Assembly: GCA_964016885.1 (NCBI GenBank)
Contig: OZ024752.1
Coordinates: forward strand, 37,138,001-37,202,000
DNA from: Eledone cirrhosa
Lineage: Eukaryota
Direction of reading: 5' to 3'
Length of the DNA: 64,000 nucleotides
Shown here: positions 35,599 to 50,235 of the stretch, piece after piece
Layout of the letters: every line of letters begins with the position of its first letter
Position numbering within the stretch: position 1 is the first letter of the stretch
Notes under the pieces: model-generated
Databases searched by the model: none
What the model saw: the letters and a program-made list of their open reading frames with translations, nothing else
Told to the model about the DNA's origin: nothing
Program-made: the position numbers and the translations under genes

Positions 35599-36474
35599 CC
35601 TTTGTCTATATTAATGTGTGTATACATCTTTCGAAATTACAGCTGTTCTGATTATAATACCATTCCCACAGTGACAGTAAAATCTAGATATTATGTAAGC
35701 TAATGTAATTATACATCAGACTGCACACTAACGTTATTAGAAAAACATCATTCGTGGCATATAAAATGATTATATATATATATATAAGTATGTATATATA
35801 TATATATATATAAGTATGTATATATATATATAATAAATATGTATGTATGTATATATATATATATATATAAATATGTATGTATATATATATATAAATATGT
35901 ATGGAGATATATATAAATATGTATGTATGTATGTATATATATAAATATGTATGTATGTATATGTATATATAAATATGTATGTATATGTATATATATATAT
36001 ATATAATAAATATGTATGTATATATATATATATAAATATGTATGTATGTATATATATATATATATATAAATATGTATGTATATATATATAAATATGTATA
36101 TATATATAATAAATATGTATGTATATATATATAAATATGTATGTATGTATATATATATATATATAAATATGTATGTATGTATATATATATAAATATGTAT
36201 GTATGTGTTTATATATATATAAATATGTATGTATGTATATATATATAAATATGTATGTATGTATATATATATATATATGTATGTTTGTGTATATATATAT
36301 AAATATGTATGTATATTGTTATACTTTGGGAGGGTCATGTTGCCAATATGTATGTATATATATATATATATAAATATGTATGTATATATGTACGTATATA
36401 GATATATATATAGATGTATGTATATATGTAAATGTATGTGTACATATATATGTGTGTGCATGTATATATATACG

Positions 36475-36511
<37 letters not shown>

Positions 36512-36512
36512 G

Positions 36513-36564
<52 letters not shown>

Positions 36565-36752
36565 AGGGTGGGGGTTCCATTTCGTTCGATAGCACAACAA
36601 CACTGATTTGATATGTAATAACTTATTATATTCAATGTTATTTCCATTTGGAAAATGGCGAACTATTTCGTGACTGTCTGCAATATCCCTGCAAGGAAAT
36701 AATTCTCGTTGATTCTTATTTTCCTATATCACCGCCATTATCATTACCACAT

Positions 36753-38900
36753 AGGGCGGTGAATTGGCAGTATCGGTGGAGGGTCGGACGCCATGCTTTC
36801 TAGCACAGTTACGTCCCTTTGCGGTCTTAGTTCGAATCCCGCCGAGGTTAACTTTGCCTTTCATCCTTACGGGGTCGATAAAATAAAGTACCAGTAATGC
36901 ACTGAGGATAATTGCTGGCCTTGTGCCAAAAGTAGAAACAATTATCATTACCACTAACAGTACGATCACCACCAGTTGGAATGGCAGTATCGGTAGAGGG
37001 TCGGACGCCATGCCTTGCAGCACAGAGTTACGGCCCTTTATGGTCTCACTTCAAATCCCGGGGTCGATAAAATAAAGTACCAGTAATACACTGGGATAAT
37101 TGCAGGCTTTGTGCCAAAAGTAGAAACAATTATTATTATTAGACGGTGGTTTGGCAGTATTGGTAGAGGGTCGGACGCCGTACTTAGCAGCACAGAGTTA
37201 CGGCCCTTTAAGTCGATTTAACCGACTTTCCCCTCCCTCAAAATTGCTGGCCTTATGCCTATATTATGGCCATTTATGGACTGAGTTCAAATCCAGCCGA
37301 GGTTAACTTTGCCTTTCATCCTTACGGGGTTGATAAAATAAAGTACCAGTAATACACTGGATTAATTGCTGGCCTTGTAGAAGTAGAAACGATTATCATT
37401 ACCAGTAACAGTAAGATCACTACCAACAACATCGCCATCATCACCATAGTCATTGCGTTACTGATCGTTACAAGCCAACGGGAAGGGGCTAGAAAGAGTA
37501 GCTAAACCTCCCTCAAGGTTGCTAGATTGTTGAGAGGGTCACACCTTTAAGATAGCTAGGTTATGGGTATGTAAGAACAGTATTGAGACAGAGAGAGAGA
37601 GAGAGAGAGACCACCGAGTGGAAGAAGCCAACAAAGAGAAAATACCGTGAGCTACATGTCCAGAGAGGATGTCAACAGACAGGGGAAAACTTACAACATG
37701 TAGTGACTACATGTTGTAAGTTTTCCCATTGTAATCGATCGAATATATTGGAGGAGAACTGCCACCTGGTGCACAAACATGGACGTGTTAGGGAGGAACT
37801 GACCGACTGAACTCATGGGGCTTGATTTAAGGGGGAGCAAGGGGGATTCACCAGTGACGGTCGTAGTAACTTATTTGGGTCCTCAGCTGGACTTTTTAGT
37901 TTTAGGGTGGTTAGCATTCTTTAATCTAATGCCTGTATGTATAACTTTTCAATTCCAATTACTTGCACCAAGCTAACTCTGATATGTAAAATTAGGGGGT
38001 TTGTTGTGTATTCTAATTTTTCGTGTATGAGGGGCCCCCAAACCTGAAATGCCCCGGGCCCACTCAAGGTCTAAATCCAACTTAACTTAACTACAATATT
38101 AGTTTATCGGTGGTTTGGCAGTATCGGTAGAACGTCGGACGCCATACTTCGCAGTATAGGAGTTATGGCCCTGTACGTTCTGAGTTCAAATCCCGCCGAG
38201 GTTAACTTTGCCTTTCATCCTTACAGGGCCGATAAAATAAAGTACCAGTAATACACTGGAATAATTGCTGGCCTTGTGCCAAAAGTAGAAACAGTTATTA
38301 GTTTAACATTAAACAATACTTAGTCTCTCATTATATTCGTTTCTGTTTTAGGCAGAAAGCCAACAATTTTTGGAGGGATGAGGGGGAGGGGAGTCGATTA
38401 AATCGACCCCAGTGCATTACTGGTACTATATTTTATTGCCCCCCCCCCCCCCCCCCCCCAACTCCGAAAGAAGGAAAGGCAAAGCTAACCTCGGTAGGAT
38501 TTGAACTCAATTATAAAAATAATGGTTTTTGATTGAGAAACAAAGCCAACAATTTTTGGAGGAGGGAAAAGTCGATTAAATCGACCCCAGTACATTGCTG
38601 GTACTTTATTTTATCAACCCCGTAAGGATGAAAGGCAAAGTTAACCTCGGCGGGATTTGTATACATACATGTATTAGATTTAAAAATTCTAACCATCTTA
38701 TATATATAAAATAACGGTTTTTGATTGAAACACAAGGCCAATAATTTTGGGGGAGGGGGAAGTCGATTAAATCGAACCCCCATTGTGTTACTGGTATTTT
38801 ATTTTATTTTATTGACTCCCGTAAGTGTGAAAAGGCAAAGCTAACCTCGGCGGGATTTGAACTCATATCGTAAAGGGACGTAACTCGGCGGGATTTGAAA
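36753..38900. mobile_element. Cluster of tRNA-derived SINE copies (plus strand 36753-38296, minus strand 38340-38900)
   Basis: Repeated A-box TGGCAGTATCGG, B-box GAGTTCAAATCC and family core. Confidence 0.85.
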
Positions 38901-40406
38901 TCGTTATATTAACATTTAGCTTTTAACTAGAACGTTAGAACGGACGACAGCAAACGCCGAAGCAACTCTCCTCGGGATGGTAAATCTATTAGAATAATGA
39001 CAAAGAAAGAGAAATGTGTGTGCGGGGGAGGGGGGGGTGGAGAGGGGGGGGACTCACTAAATTTGATGCGGGACCTTTTGAGGGAACACATGGAGTTAAT
39101 TATTACTTTAAAATATAGTACAGCAAGTTACGGTAAATCTACATCAAAGTGGATATGTTATTACGAAATATTTGTAAGACAGACGACATCCATCTAAAAA
39201 CAAAGTAATACAGAAACGAATGGGAACGAGGCATAGCAATGGAGAAGGGGTGGGGGTAGCAACCGAGGCCAATCATGTAATCCCCAGAGGTTAAGGATTG
39301 TGTTAACTGCTAAGGACAAGTACGCTCTTCCGATCAATAGGCCACAACTGAAAGATTCATTTACCCGGGACATACTTGCCACCAAGGGCCTTGTTTCAGG
39401 GAGGTACCAGGGGAAAAGCCCCCCCCCCCCCCCCACACACACACAAACACACGCACTTTTTCAAAAAGTCTGTGTTTTATTTTTTGTTTATTTGATATAA
39501 TAAATTCTTTTAAGCTTATATTTTTATATCTGAACTTCATTTGAATATATAAAATTTAATTAGTGTAAAATTTTACTTATGTGATCGGGTCCGGATAAGG
39601 TACCATAAGCAATACTAACATGATCCTTTAAGAATCAACAAATGTTAGTTTGTCCCCCTCACATTTTTAAGGCAAACGAGGCACCTTGCTTGCCACCCTC
39701 ATCCACCTTTCAAAAATTTACTGATTTACTGTAAGGCAGTACTTTCTTCTAAAACCTCGCCTTTTCCCCCGGGTGGAACGTAGAGGACAAACTGGATGGT
39801 ATGGTGTGGTGTGGTTTCTGTGTGCGCGTGTACCCAGTCGAAGGAAACAAGATGGTCACGATTGCAGGTTTGTTTAATCAGAGGTTTGCTTAATCAGAGC
39901 TGACCTGGGACTAGATAAGTACAATAATAGAGTTAACGAATAAACCTTTATGTGATTACTCGACCTGCTAGATGTAGCAGCCAAGTGTCTCTCAAAGTAT
40001 ACCAGAAAAGAAAGTCTACGTTGGATAATGTTAATTTAAAGACATTATAACTGGAAAAAAAAAAAAAAAAAAAATGGCTGATCACGATTGGAACAGCTTT
40101 GATCACGTGTCCTCAATCAAAGACGAAGAGTGGCTAAACAACAACAATAATAAAAATTGAATTAGAAGATTCACCGCTACATTTTGACTAAATAATTGTT
40201 TCTACTTTTGGCACAAGGCCAGCAATTATCCCAGTGCATTACTGGTGCTTTATTTTATCGACCGCGTAAGGATGAAAGGCAAAGTTAACCTCGGCGGGTT
40301 TTGAACTCAGACCGTAAAGGGCCGTAACAGTATGCTACAAAGCATGTCGTCCGACCCTCCACCGATACTGACAATCCACCGCCCTCAGTAATACTAATAA
40401 CAAACT

Positions 40407-40864
40407 AAATATTTTAAAACCATTATTGTCCTCACTCCCCGTTCAGCCTCCCGCCAGTGATAAGGGTGTATTGGATTTGGAGAAGATTTTTTAATATGTT
40501 TTTTGGGGGGAGAGGGTGGGGGAGTGCGTCCAATAGGCCGGCAGATATGGTATATAAATATTTTAAAACCATTATTGTCCTCACTCCCCGTTCAGCCTCC
40601 CGTCGGTGATAAGGGTGCATTGGATTTGGAGAAGATTTTTTAATATGTTTTTTTGGGGGGAGCGGGTGGGGGTGGGGGAGTGCGTCCAATAGGCCGGCAG
40701 ATACGGTATATAAATATTTTAAAACCATTATTGTCCTCACTCCCCGTTCAGCCTCCCGCCAGTGATAAGGGTGTATTGGATTTGGAGAAGATTTTTTAAT
40801 ATGTTTTTTGGGGGGAGCGGATGGGTGGGGGAGTGCGTCCAATAGGCCGGCAGATACGGTATAT
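40407..40864. repeat. Tandem triplication of a ~150-bp unit just inside the putative first intron
   Basis: Three copies of AAATATTTTAAAACCATTATTGTCC...GGCCGGCAGATAYGGTATAT. Confidence 0.9.
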
Positions 40865-40881
40865 GAAGATGCAATACTTAC

Positions 40882-41131
40882 TGGTAGGAGTGAAAGATAA
40901 GACCTTTTGGTCAACTTGCAGTTGCCGATATTTCTCTCTCAATTCTCTCTCTTCTTTGTCAAGCAGCAAAGAGGAAACTTTTCGTTGTTTTTCAATTCCT
41001 AGAGTTTTCTTTTGCAGAGAGTTTCGACGTTGAGAATTTTTTATCCGACATTCTTTGAAACTTCGAGCGGTTTCTTTCATGTATTGTTCAAAACCACGGC
41101 CAGACTTTTCATCAGCTCCGTGGCTTGCCAT
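40882..41131 (-). CDS. Probable first coding exon of a host gene; basic coiled-coil protein of unknown identity
   Basis: ACCGCCATGG Kozak context, 83 open codons (MASHGADEKSGRGFEQYMKETARSFKECRIKNSQRRNSLQKKTLGIEKQRKVSSLLLDKEERELREKYRQLQVDQKVLSFTPT), then a GTAAGT donor at 40881-40876; non-repetitive. Confidence 0.65.
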
Positions 41132-41618
41132 GGCGGTTATTACGGGACTGTTGCTGGTAGTGATTTGGCTGGTTGAAATATAGTCATTGTACACAAGTGG
41201 CCTAAAATCAAGCAAAAATCGTGAAGAAGGTTAACTGTCACCCAGAGCAATATAATGTTAAATTTTTATTACCTAACATTTTTTTTTTACTTCTCAACAA
41301 CATGCAAAGGTAATATATTCGTTTGTTCCATTTAATTATCCTCGAAACAAATGTCCTATGGGTTTACTCTCAATAGTTAAATAATAATTTATGTCGTATG
41401 TATTCGGTTAATAATCAAACTAATATATTTTAGAGGTGGAGAAATTATACATACACATATATATATATACATACATACATGTATATATATATACATACAT
41501 ACATGTATATATATATACATACCTGTGCCTGTGTGTGTGTGTGTGTGTGTATATCTTTATTGGCAATAATATGGAGCAAGAACGAAGTATCAATATAACA
41601 TCATTACGTTTATTTAAG

Positions 41619-43047
41619 GGCGGTGGATTGGCAGTATCGGTAGAAGGTCGGACGCCATGCTTTGGCGTATAGAGTTACGGCCCTTGCCATTCTGAGTTCA
41701 AATCCCGCCGAGGTTAACTTTGCCTTTCATCCTTACGAGGTCAATAAAATAAAGTACCAGTAATGCATTGGGTAATTGGTGGTCTTGTGCCAAACTTAGA
41801 AACAATTATGTTTATTTCACACATTTGAATAAACAATCTTATATTAATACTTCGGTCCTGCTTATTATTATTATCGTTATCGTCCTTAGGACGGTGGATT
41901 GGCAGTATCGGTAGAGCGTCGGACACCATGCTTTGCAGCATAGAGTTACGGCCCTTTATGATCTGAGTTCAAATCCCGCCGAGGTTAACTTTGCCTTTCA
42001 TCCTTACGGGGGGGGGGGGGTCGATAAAATAAAGTACCAGTCACGCACTGGGGTCGATTTAATCGACTTTCCCCTCCCTCCAAATTGCTGGCCTTGTGCC
42101 TATATAAGAAACCATGGTGGATTGGCAGTATTGGTAGAGGTTCGGATGCTTTGCGGAATAGAGTTACGGCCCTTTACGTCCTGGGTTCAAATCCCGCCGA
42201 GGTTAACTTTGCCTTTCATCCTTACGAGATCGATAAAATAAAGCACCAGTAATACACTGGGGGTAATTGCTGGCCTTGTGCCAAAAATAGAAACAATTAT
42301 TGTTATTATTATTAACACTCAGCGGTGGATTGGCAGTGTCGGTAGGGGGTTGGACGCCATGCTTTGAAGCATAGAGTTACGGCCCTTTATGATCTGAGTT
42401 CAAATCCCGCCGAGGTTAACTTTGCCTTTCATCCTTACGGGGTCGATAAAATAAAGTACCAGTAATGTACTGGGGGTAATTGCTGGCCTTGTGCCAAAAG
42501 TAGAAACAATTGTTAACACTCAGCTTCTTAAGGATACCAACTATGGTGAAATACCAAACGTAGAATCCCACATTAGTAGCTAGAACCAAATATTAGCATT
42601 GAGTGCTCAAACTGGTGAACCATCTGTAACTAAACATTGCACACCAATACACACACACACACTATATATATATATATATATATATATGACCAAATATTAA
42701 TATGGTTCATTGATTACTCAATGAATATAGTTTTACAATAGATTAAAAGCACTTTACAAAAAAGTTTTCTGGAGTTATTATGGAGTTATTATTATTCAGA
42801 ATAATAATAAATGAAGACTTTCACATAATCAAAATATGTTTTATTATATATATTTCCAGGGCGGTGGATTGGCAGTATCGGTAGAGGAACGGACGCCATA
42901 CTTTCCAGCATAGTTATGTCCCTTTACGATCTGAGTTCACATCCCGCCGAGGTTGACTTTGCCTTTCATCCTTACGGGGTCGATAAAATAAAGTACCAGT
43001 AATGCACTGGGTAATTGCTGGCCTTGTGCCTAAAGTAGAAACAATTA
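41619..43047 (+). mobile_element. Five co-oriented tRNA-derived SINE copies
   Basis: Copies start near 41619, 41891, 42115, 42322 and 42859; the last has the target duplication ATTATATATATTTC. Confidence 0.9.
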
Positions 43048-43551
43048 TATATATTTCGAAGGTACTGTGCTGTTTTTTTTCAGTACGTCCTCGTCAGATA
43101 GAATACATGAATTGATGTATGATATACCTCAACTGTCTTGATGGTTCAATTCCAGTACTGCCAACATTCTAAATTTAGGGTTTTATTGGATGCTTATCTG
43201 GCTATGATTTCTAGCAGATGTAACGACCACTTTGAGGCTCCTTCCTTGGGTCAGAAAGGTGAAAGTTATCATATCTGATGTAAGCACAAGCTGTAAACAG
43301 AGATACAGAGATTCAAATAGAATTGGAGAAGTAAAGGAAGAGGAAAATATACGTGAACATTTGTTTTAGTCCTTTGTTCCTCAAAGAAATGTATATTGTT
43401 CTCACTATACATGAAAAACATCAAAGATGAATGTATGTATGTATGTATGTATGTAACAATTGAATTCGTATGTCTGTATACACACATATGTGTGTATGAA
43501 TATTTGTGTGTGTTTCTTTGTATATATAAGTGAGTATATGTATATATATAT

Positions 43552-43583
<32 letters not shown>

Positions 43584-44000
43584 TATATATATATATAAAT
43601 ATACATAAATATATACATATATAAATATACATAAATATATACATATATATAAATATACATAAATATATACATATATATAAATATACATAAATATATACAT
43701 ATATATAAATATACATAAATATATACATATATATAAATATACATAAATATATACATATATAAATATACATAAATATATACATATATAAATATACATAAAT
43801 ATATACATATATAAATATACATAAATATATATATATATATATATATATAAATATACATATATATATATATATATAAATATACATATATATAAATATACAT
43901 ATACATAAATATATACATATATAAATATACATAAATATACATATATAAATATACATAAATATACATATACATAAATATATACATATATAAATATACATAA

Positions 44001-44047
<47 letters not shown>

Positions 44048-44293
44048 AATATATATACATATATATATACATATATAAATATAATATATATATATATACA
44101 TATATAATATATATATACATATATATACATATATATATATATATACATATATAATATATATATACATATATAATATATAATATATATATACATATATAAT
44201 ATATATATATATATATATATACATATATAATATATATATACATATATAATATATATATATATATATATATACATATATAATATATATATATAC

Positions 44294-44341
<48 letters not shown>

Positions 44342-44452
44342 TAATATATATATATATATATATACATATATAATATATATATATATATATATACATATAT
44401 AATATATATATATATATATATACATATATAATATATATATATATATATATAC

Positions 44453-44531
<79 letters not shown>

Positions 44532-45007
44532 ATGATGCTTTACACTTACATATATACAGAAAAAGTAGACAACAAATTTATCAGAGAAAATAATTTCTCT
44601 CATGTCTTTTGTGTTTTGTTTATTAATTGCAATAACAATTTCACAAAACAAGAATAAGATAAAAAGAAACGTGGATTTCTAGAACAGAAATCTGAAATGT
44701 TTGTTATGGTCGACGAACAAGAATTTAAAACTAAAGATTACATTGATCTGTAAATAAAGTTTTAAAACATGAAGTTAATTCGCTTGGTTGTCTTTAAACA
44801 TAATTAAATCTACTTTTAGCTTCAAATATCTTTTTTTTTAATATTTTAATTTTCTTCTTTTCTCTCTCTCTCTCTCTCTATCTATCTCTCGCTCTCATTG
44901 TATAATTATCTGTTACCCTTTAATATTCTTTATCTCCTATTTTCTACCTCTTTCTTTTACCTCTCTATCTATCTATGTATGTATATATATATACATATAC
45001 ATAAATA

Positions 45008-45079
<72 letters not shown>

Positions 45080-45226
45080 CAATATATATATATATATATA
45101 CATATATATACATAAATATATATATATATATATACATAAATATATATATATATATACATATATATACATAAATATATATATATACATATATATACATAAA
45201 TATATATATATACATATATATACATA

Positions 45227-45260
<34 letters not shown>

Positions 45261-45264
45261 CATA

Positions 45265-45322
<58 letters not shown>

Positions 45323-45330
45323 CATAAATA

Positions 45331-45402
<72 letters not shown>

Positions 45403-46114
45403 GATATATATATGTATATATATATATATATATACATATATACACATATATATATATATACATATATATATACATATATACACATATATATATATATACA
45501 TATATATATACATATATACACATATATATATATATATTCATATATATATACATATATATATATATACACATATATATATATATACACATATATATATATA
45601 TACATATATACACATATATATATATACATAAACTCCCCACTCTGTATTTGTCCCCATCTTTTAGCGCCCTTGTGGCAAATAAAGAAATATATCTATATCG
45701 GCCTGCCCCTCTACCTAGCTTGCTTGCTTGCTTCCATTTTAATTTTGATTTTTTTTTAAACTTCATCTCCTTTGTGTCGTTTTCTTGAAATCATTTATTA
45801 TTATTTTTTTTTCCGTATCTGTTTATCTGATTTTATCAAATCAAGAAAACGGTTTTATTATTATTATTATCATGACTTATTTTAATGAGCTATCTGCTGT
45901 TGTAAGCTATCTGTTTGTCATCTTAATCAGTTTCTTGGCAAATATATAATCATTTCTATAGAATAATAATACACAAGTGTGTCAGATAAATTAGGATACA
46001 GTCGAACACATTTCTATGCAAAATATATTTATTTATTTATGGTTTCCTCGTTTACAATCTTTATCTAAAGACTTAGTCTTTACTACCAACTGGTGATCCA
46101 GATTTCAAACACTT

Positions 46115-46785
46115 GTTTCTGATTTAGGCAGGTCAGAACTTGTTTTCGGCGGGACGTCCTTTAAATCGACCCAGTGCATTACTGGTACTTTATTTTATCG
46201 ACCCCGTAAAGATGAAAGGCAAAGTTAACCGTAACGGGATTAGAAATCAATAATAATAATAATTGTTTCTATTTTTTGGCACAAGGCCAGCAATTACCCC
46301 AGTGCATTACTGGTACTTTATTTTATCGACTCCGTAAGGATGAAAGGCAAAGTCAACCTCGGCGGGATTTGAACTCAGATCGTAAAGGGACGTAACTATG
46401 CTGGAAAGCATGGCGTCCGACCTTCTACCGATACTGCCAATCCACCGCCCTAATAATTGTTTCTATTTTTTGGCACAAGGCCAGCAATTACCCAGTACAT
46501 TACTGGTACTTTATTTTATCGACCCCGTAAATAATAATTGTTAAAGCCAGCAATTATCCCAGTGCATTACTCTCGTTTAGGCACAAGACCAGAAATTTTG
46601 GGGGGAGAGCAGACAGTCGATTAGATCGATTCCAGTACATTACTGGTACTTTATTTTATCGACCCCGTAAGGATGAAAGGCAAAGTCAACCTCGGCGGGA
46701 TTTGAACTCAGAACGTGAAGGGACGTAAGTATATGCTGCAAAATATGTTGTCTGACGCGCTACCGATACTGCCAATCCTCCGTCC
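46115..46785 (-). mobile_element. Nested SINE cluster
   Basis: Full and truncated minus-strand copies of the major family. Confidence 0.85.
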
Positions 46786-47019
46786 TTATTAAGGGTTTCT
46801 GATTTAGACTAATAATTTAGGGGAGGGGGATTTGATCTCAGGGAGTAAAGAACCGAAACGAATCATTTAGTCCGACACTTTACCGATTTATTGAACTATT
46901 ATTTATAGTTATCAATTCTTATATGTATATGTATGTATATTTATATATGAATATATATACATACTTATACATATTTATACACACAATATATATATATATT
47001 ATATATATATATATATCTA

Positions 47020-47290
47020 GCCTAAAGTCTGTCTTAAGCCAGAAGACTCATTTGGCCGGTGCTTATCCCAGTTTCGTGGAGTGGAGCGACGGAGAGCACA
47101 AGACTCCCCCCTGGACAGGACGCCAGTCCATCGCAGGGTTAAACCACCAGCTATTGCTGGTACTCATTTTCAGCTGAGTATACTAGAGCAGCGTGAAATG
47201 AAGTTTTGCTCAAGAACACAACATGCAACCCAGGAATCGAACCCACGACATTATGATCGCAAGTGCAACACCCATACCACTAGGCCACGT
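47020..47290 (-). mobile_element. Second tRNA-derived SINE family (CORE-like body)
   Basis: Minus strand TGGCCTAGTGG A-box and GGTTCGATTCC B-box; related pieces at ~4690-4770, ~12125-12265 and ~55255-55335. Confidence 0.7.
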
Positions 47291-47423
47291 ACCTACACAC
47301 ACACACACACACACAGAAACATATATATATATACGCATATGTGTGTGTGTGTGCGTATGAGCGTGAGTGGGAGAGGCGGGAGGAATAAACATGGCATGTT
47401 TACTAAGTATCATACAGATAAGA

Positions 47424-47460
<37 letters not shown>

Positions 47461-48519
47461 TTGTTCCATGTGTAGTCTGCAGCAAATGTCGTCTGTTACG
47501 TCTGACCTGAACAAACAAGAAGTAAAACAAAAAATATATAACATAATATGTAATAAAGACATAAAAATAGCATATCCATGCTGGCTGTTGAAAATAACGA
47601 TATATATAGTGTAGTATTTGCTAAATGAGTGAATAATTTTTTATGTATTTTATCGATGACAGTGAGTCTAGTTCATGTCTTCTCACAACAGTTAGTGGTA
47701 AATAATGTTTCGTGAATATATTCATTAATGATGTAGTCAAAGGCCACAATTTCGTGAATAGAACGAATGAAGACACTAAGATTTTAATTTGAAGTTACAT
47801 AAAACTTGGTTTTCTTTTGTATTTTTTTTTTTCTTTTTAATTTTTGTTAGAAAATCTGTGAGAAAACTAAAGGTTGGGATTATTTTCTAAGAAACAAAAC
47901 TAAAATAGTATTTGGAAATTAGATAATCAGCGGATATTTAGAATATATGAGTATTTTTTTTATTACATCAAAAGTAGTAACAACAACAAAAAATGAGAGA
48001 AAAGGAGAGAAATGTGTTCTAACGATGTTTACTAGACATTAAGATCTCGGAGACGTGGCGAATATTCGCAGAAATAAATCATAGACACGAAATTAAAATT
48101 GGAGATATCTAAATCTTTTTAGCTCATCATACATTGAGTCAGAGTTATAAAGCGAACTTCGGGTTAAAATATTGATTACACATTGATTAACTCTTAATAT
48201 CTTGCAATGATTTAGTGGTAAGACACTCTCAGGAGAGCTGGATAGTGGGTCTTCAGAGAAGTACCCCTCCCCCAAGCAAGTGTTTAGAAAATGTCTAAAC
48301 ACAGGTTTTTTTTTTTTTCAAAATGTTTATAGTATCTTTGCTAGTGGATAGATTGTTGTGAACATTTTTCAGTATTTTAGTAAAAGCTTAATTTGTTTAA
48401 CATACAGTGCAGCAGGCATGACAAGAAGAGACATCGGGTGTCTCACAATGATTAACAACTATAAGTATTAATGCAGTGTGGTAAATAAATATATACATAT
48501 ACACCAGGTCTGAATACAA

Positions 48520-48860
48520 TGAAACCAAACTCCCACTGTTACTGCCTCCGTCTCTCCCGGTCTCCCCATCTCTCACTGTTATAAGCAAATGGAGGCCCAC
48601 GCGCTGGTCGCTCCGCAACCCCGGCGGACAGAATAGAGAAGGCGTTTCCCCCAGATGATGGTGAGGGAGATGTGCTGGAAGAGCCATTCCAATTTTCGAG
48701 GCTCACATCTGTGGGTAGCCAACTCTGTGCCGATGGTGGTGAGTAGGCAGATATTCCTCGGGCCAAGGATACCATAAACCTCCTCTGCTACGGGTTCGAC
48801 CGCAAACTTGTCGGAAAGCGATTGATATTTGGAGAGTTTACCCTCCTTGGCCCGAAGTGC
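48520..48860 (-). mobile_element. 3' fragment of a CRE-clade LINE, second diverged copy
   Basis: Translation AKEGKLSKYQSLSDKFAVEPVAEEVYGILGPRNICLLTTIGTELATHRCEPRKLEWLFQHISLTII, then a frameshift to GNAFSILS. Confidence 0.7.
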
Positions 48861-50235
48861 AGTTACAATGCCGTTTTGTACTTTTGAAGTGTGTCGTGAT
48901 GCTGTCGTTTCAGGTTTGGGAGTTAAATTAAAATAAAGGACTGGTGGCTAACAAAATAGTATTAGCTCAAAAGCTTTGTAGGAGAAGAGCACAGTTTTAA
49001 TTTTATATTTCTAAATATTAATTTCCAATTCTTATTAATATGTATCCGGTGAAATATTAACAAAATCCTAAATAAGAATTAATGAAACAGTTCTTCTTTA
49101 TTGCAAACAACAACGTAACTGCTGACTGCTACAAAGCCATAAAAACCACGGTAATATATCTTTCTTTGAATAAAGTAGTTTTTATTTTAATTTTGGAGGC
49201 TCTCATAAAACGACGAGAAAACTTGATCGAGACGATTGTGCACCCTTCCTTTGTTAACATACTTCAAACCCGACAAGAAAAGAAATAAAATCGCTGTAAA
49301 ATTTAAAGCTTGCGAGACAAGCCACTGTATTCATAAAACTGTCATTTGTTAAAGAATTGATTATACGAGCGAAATGTCGAAAGAAAGTTTGTAGCTGGGG
49401 TTGTGTGGGGGTTACCCCGAGAAAGCTTGTATTTATTTCCTTGCTCAAAGCAACTATAATAAAGAACAAGAGATGAAATAAACCAGAAATTAGAGTAGAA
49501 ACTAATAACTTACAATAAGTAATTATTGATATATCATTCTTATATCATCGAATAACTAGTACAATTAGAAATATATACGTTATGCCTTTCATTTATTTGA
49601 TCTATGCAAATAGTTATTTATACAATGTTGTACGATTGCTCAGCAATCGTAATGAATAATTTTGTTTAGTTTCACGGTAATATTTGTAAAGTCATTGAAC
49701 TGAGTCTATATTTTGGAGTGAGCTCAATTTTGCCTTTAATCCATTCCGGGTCGATAAAAGTCTAGTACTGGGGTCGATTCTTCCTCTATGTCTCTTTCTC
49801 ACTTCCATTTTCTCCCACTCTCTAACCTTCTCTAGGAGAAATCTGCAGTATACAGGCCTGGAAAGGAAATAGGCTCCACCAGGTTTTTGGGTTTTTTTTA
49901 AAAATCCTCTAGATACGCCACATGTCAATGTGACACTCCTATGACTCCATCATATGGAATATATACATTTTGGGATATTTCTTTCGTCGACAATGGGAGG
50001 AGGAAAAGTAAAGTAAGTCCAATTGAAATTAAAACAGAAACGTGTAGCACCAAATATAATAGTGGGAAACTCCTAATACACTGCTCTATATTGTGCAGCA
50101 AATTCACTGACAAGGATTGCCAAGTCGGGCTTCCAGAAAATATACATAAAAATATTGCAGTATCACAAATTTTAGTGTCTACGGATGTCTAGTTTCATTG
50201 ACATGTGTATTCGACAACTCACTGCTCCACCTACA

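Noticed and set aside
34283-36647. Long Tyr/Ile/His/Cys-rich ORFs (also near 12.6, 43.3-45.7 and 58.7-60.0 kb)
   Set aside because: Translations of TA/CA/CATA microsatellites and a minisatellite; no coding signal.
41619-41720. tRNA genes suggested by A and B boxes
   Set aside because: These are SINE heads with no cloverleaf, always followed by the SINE core.
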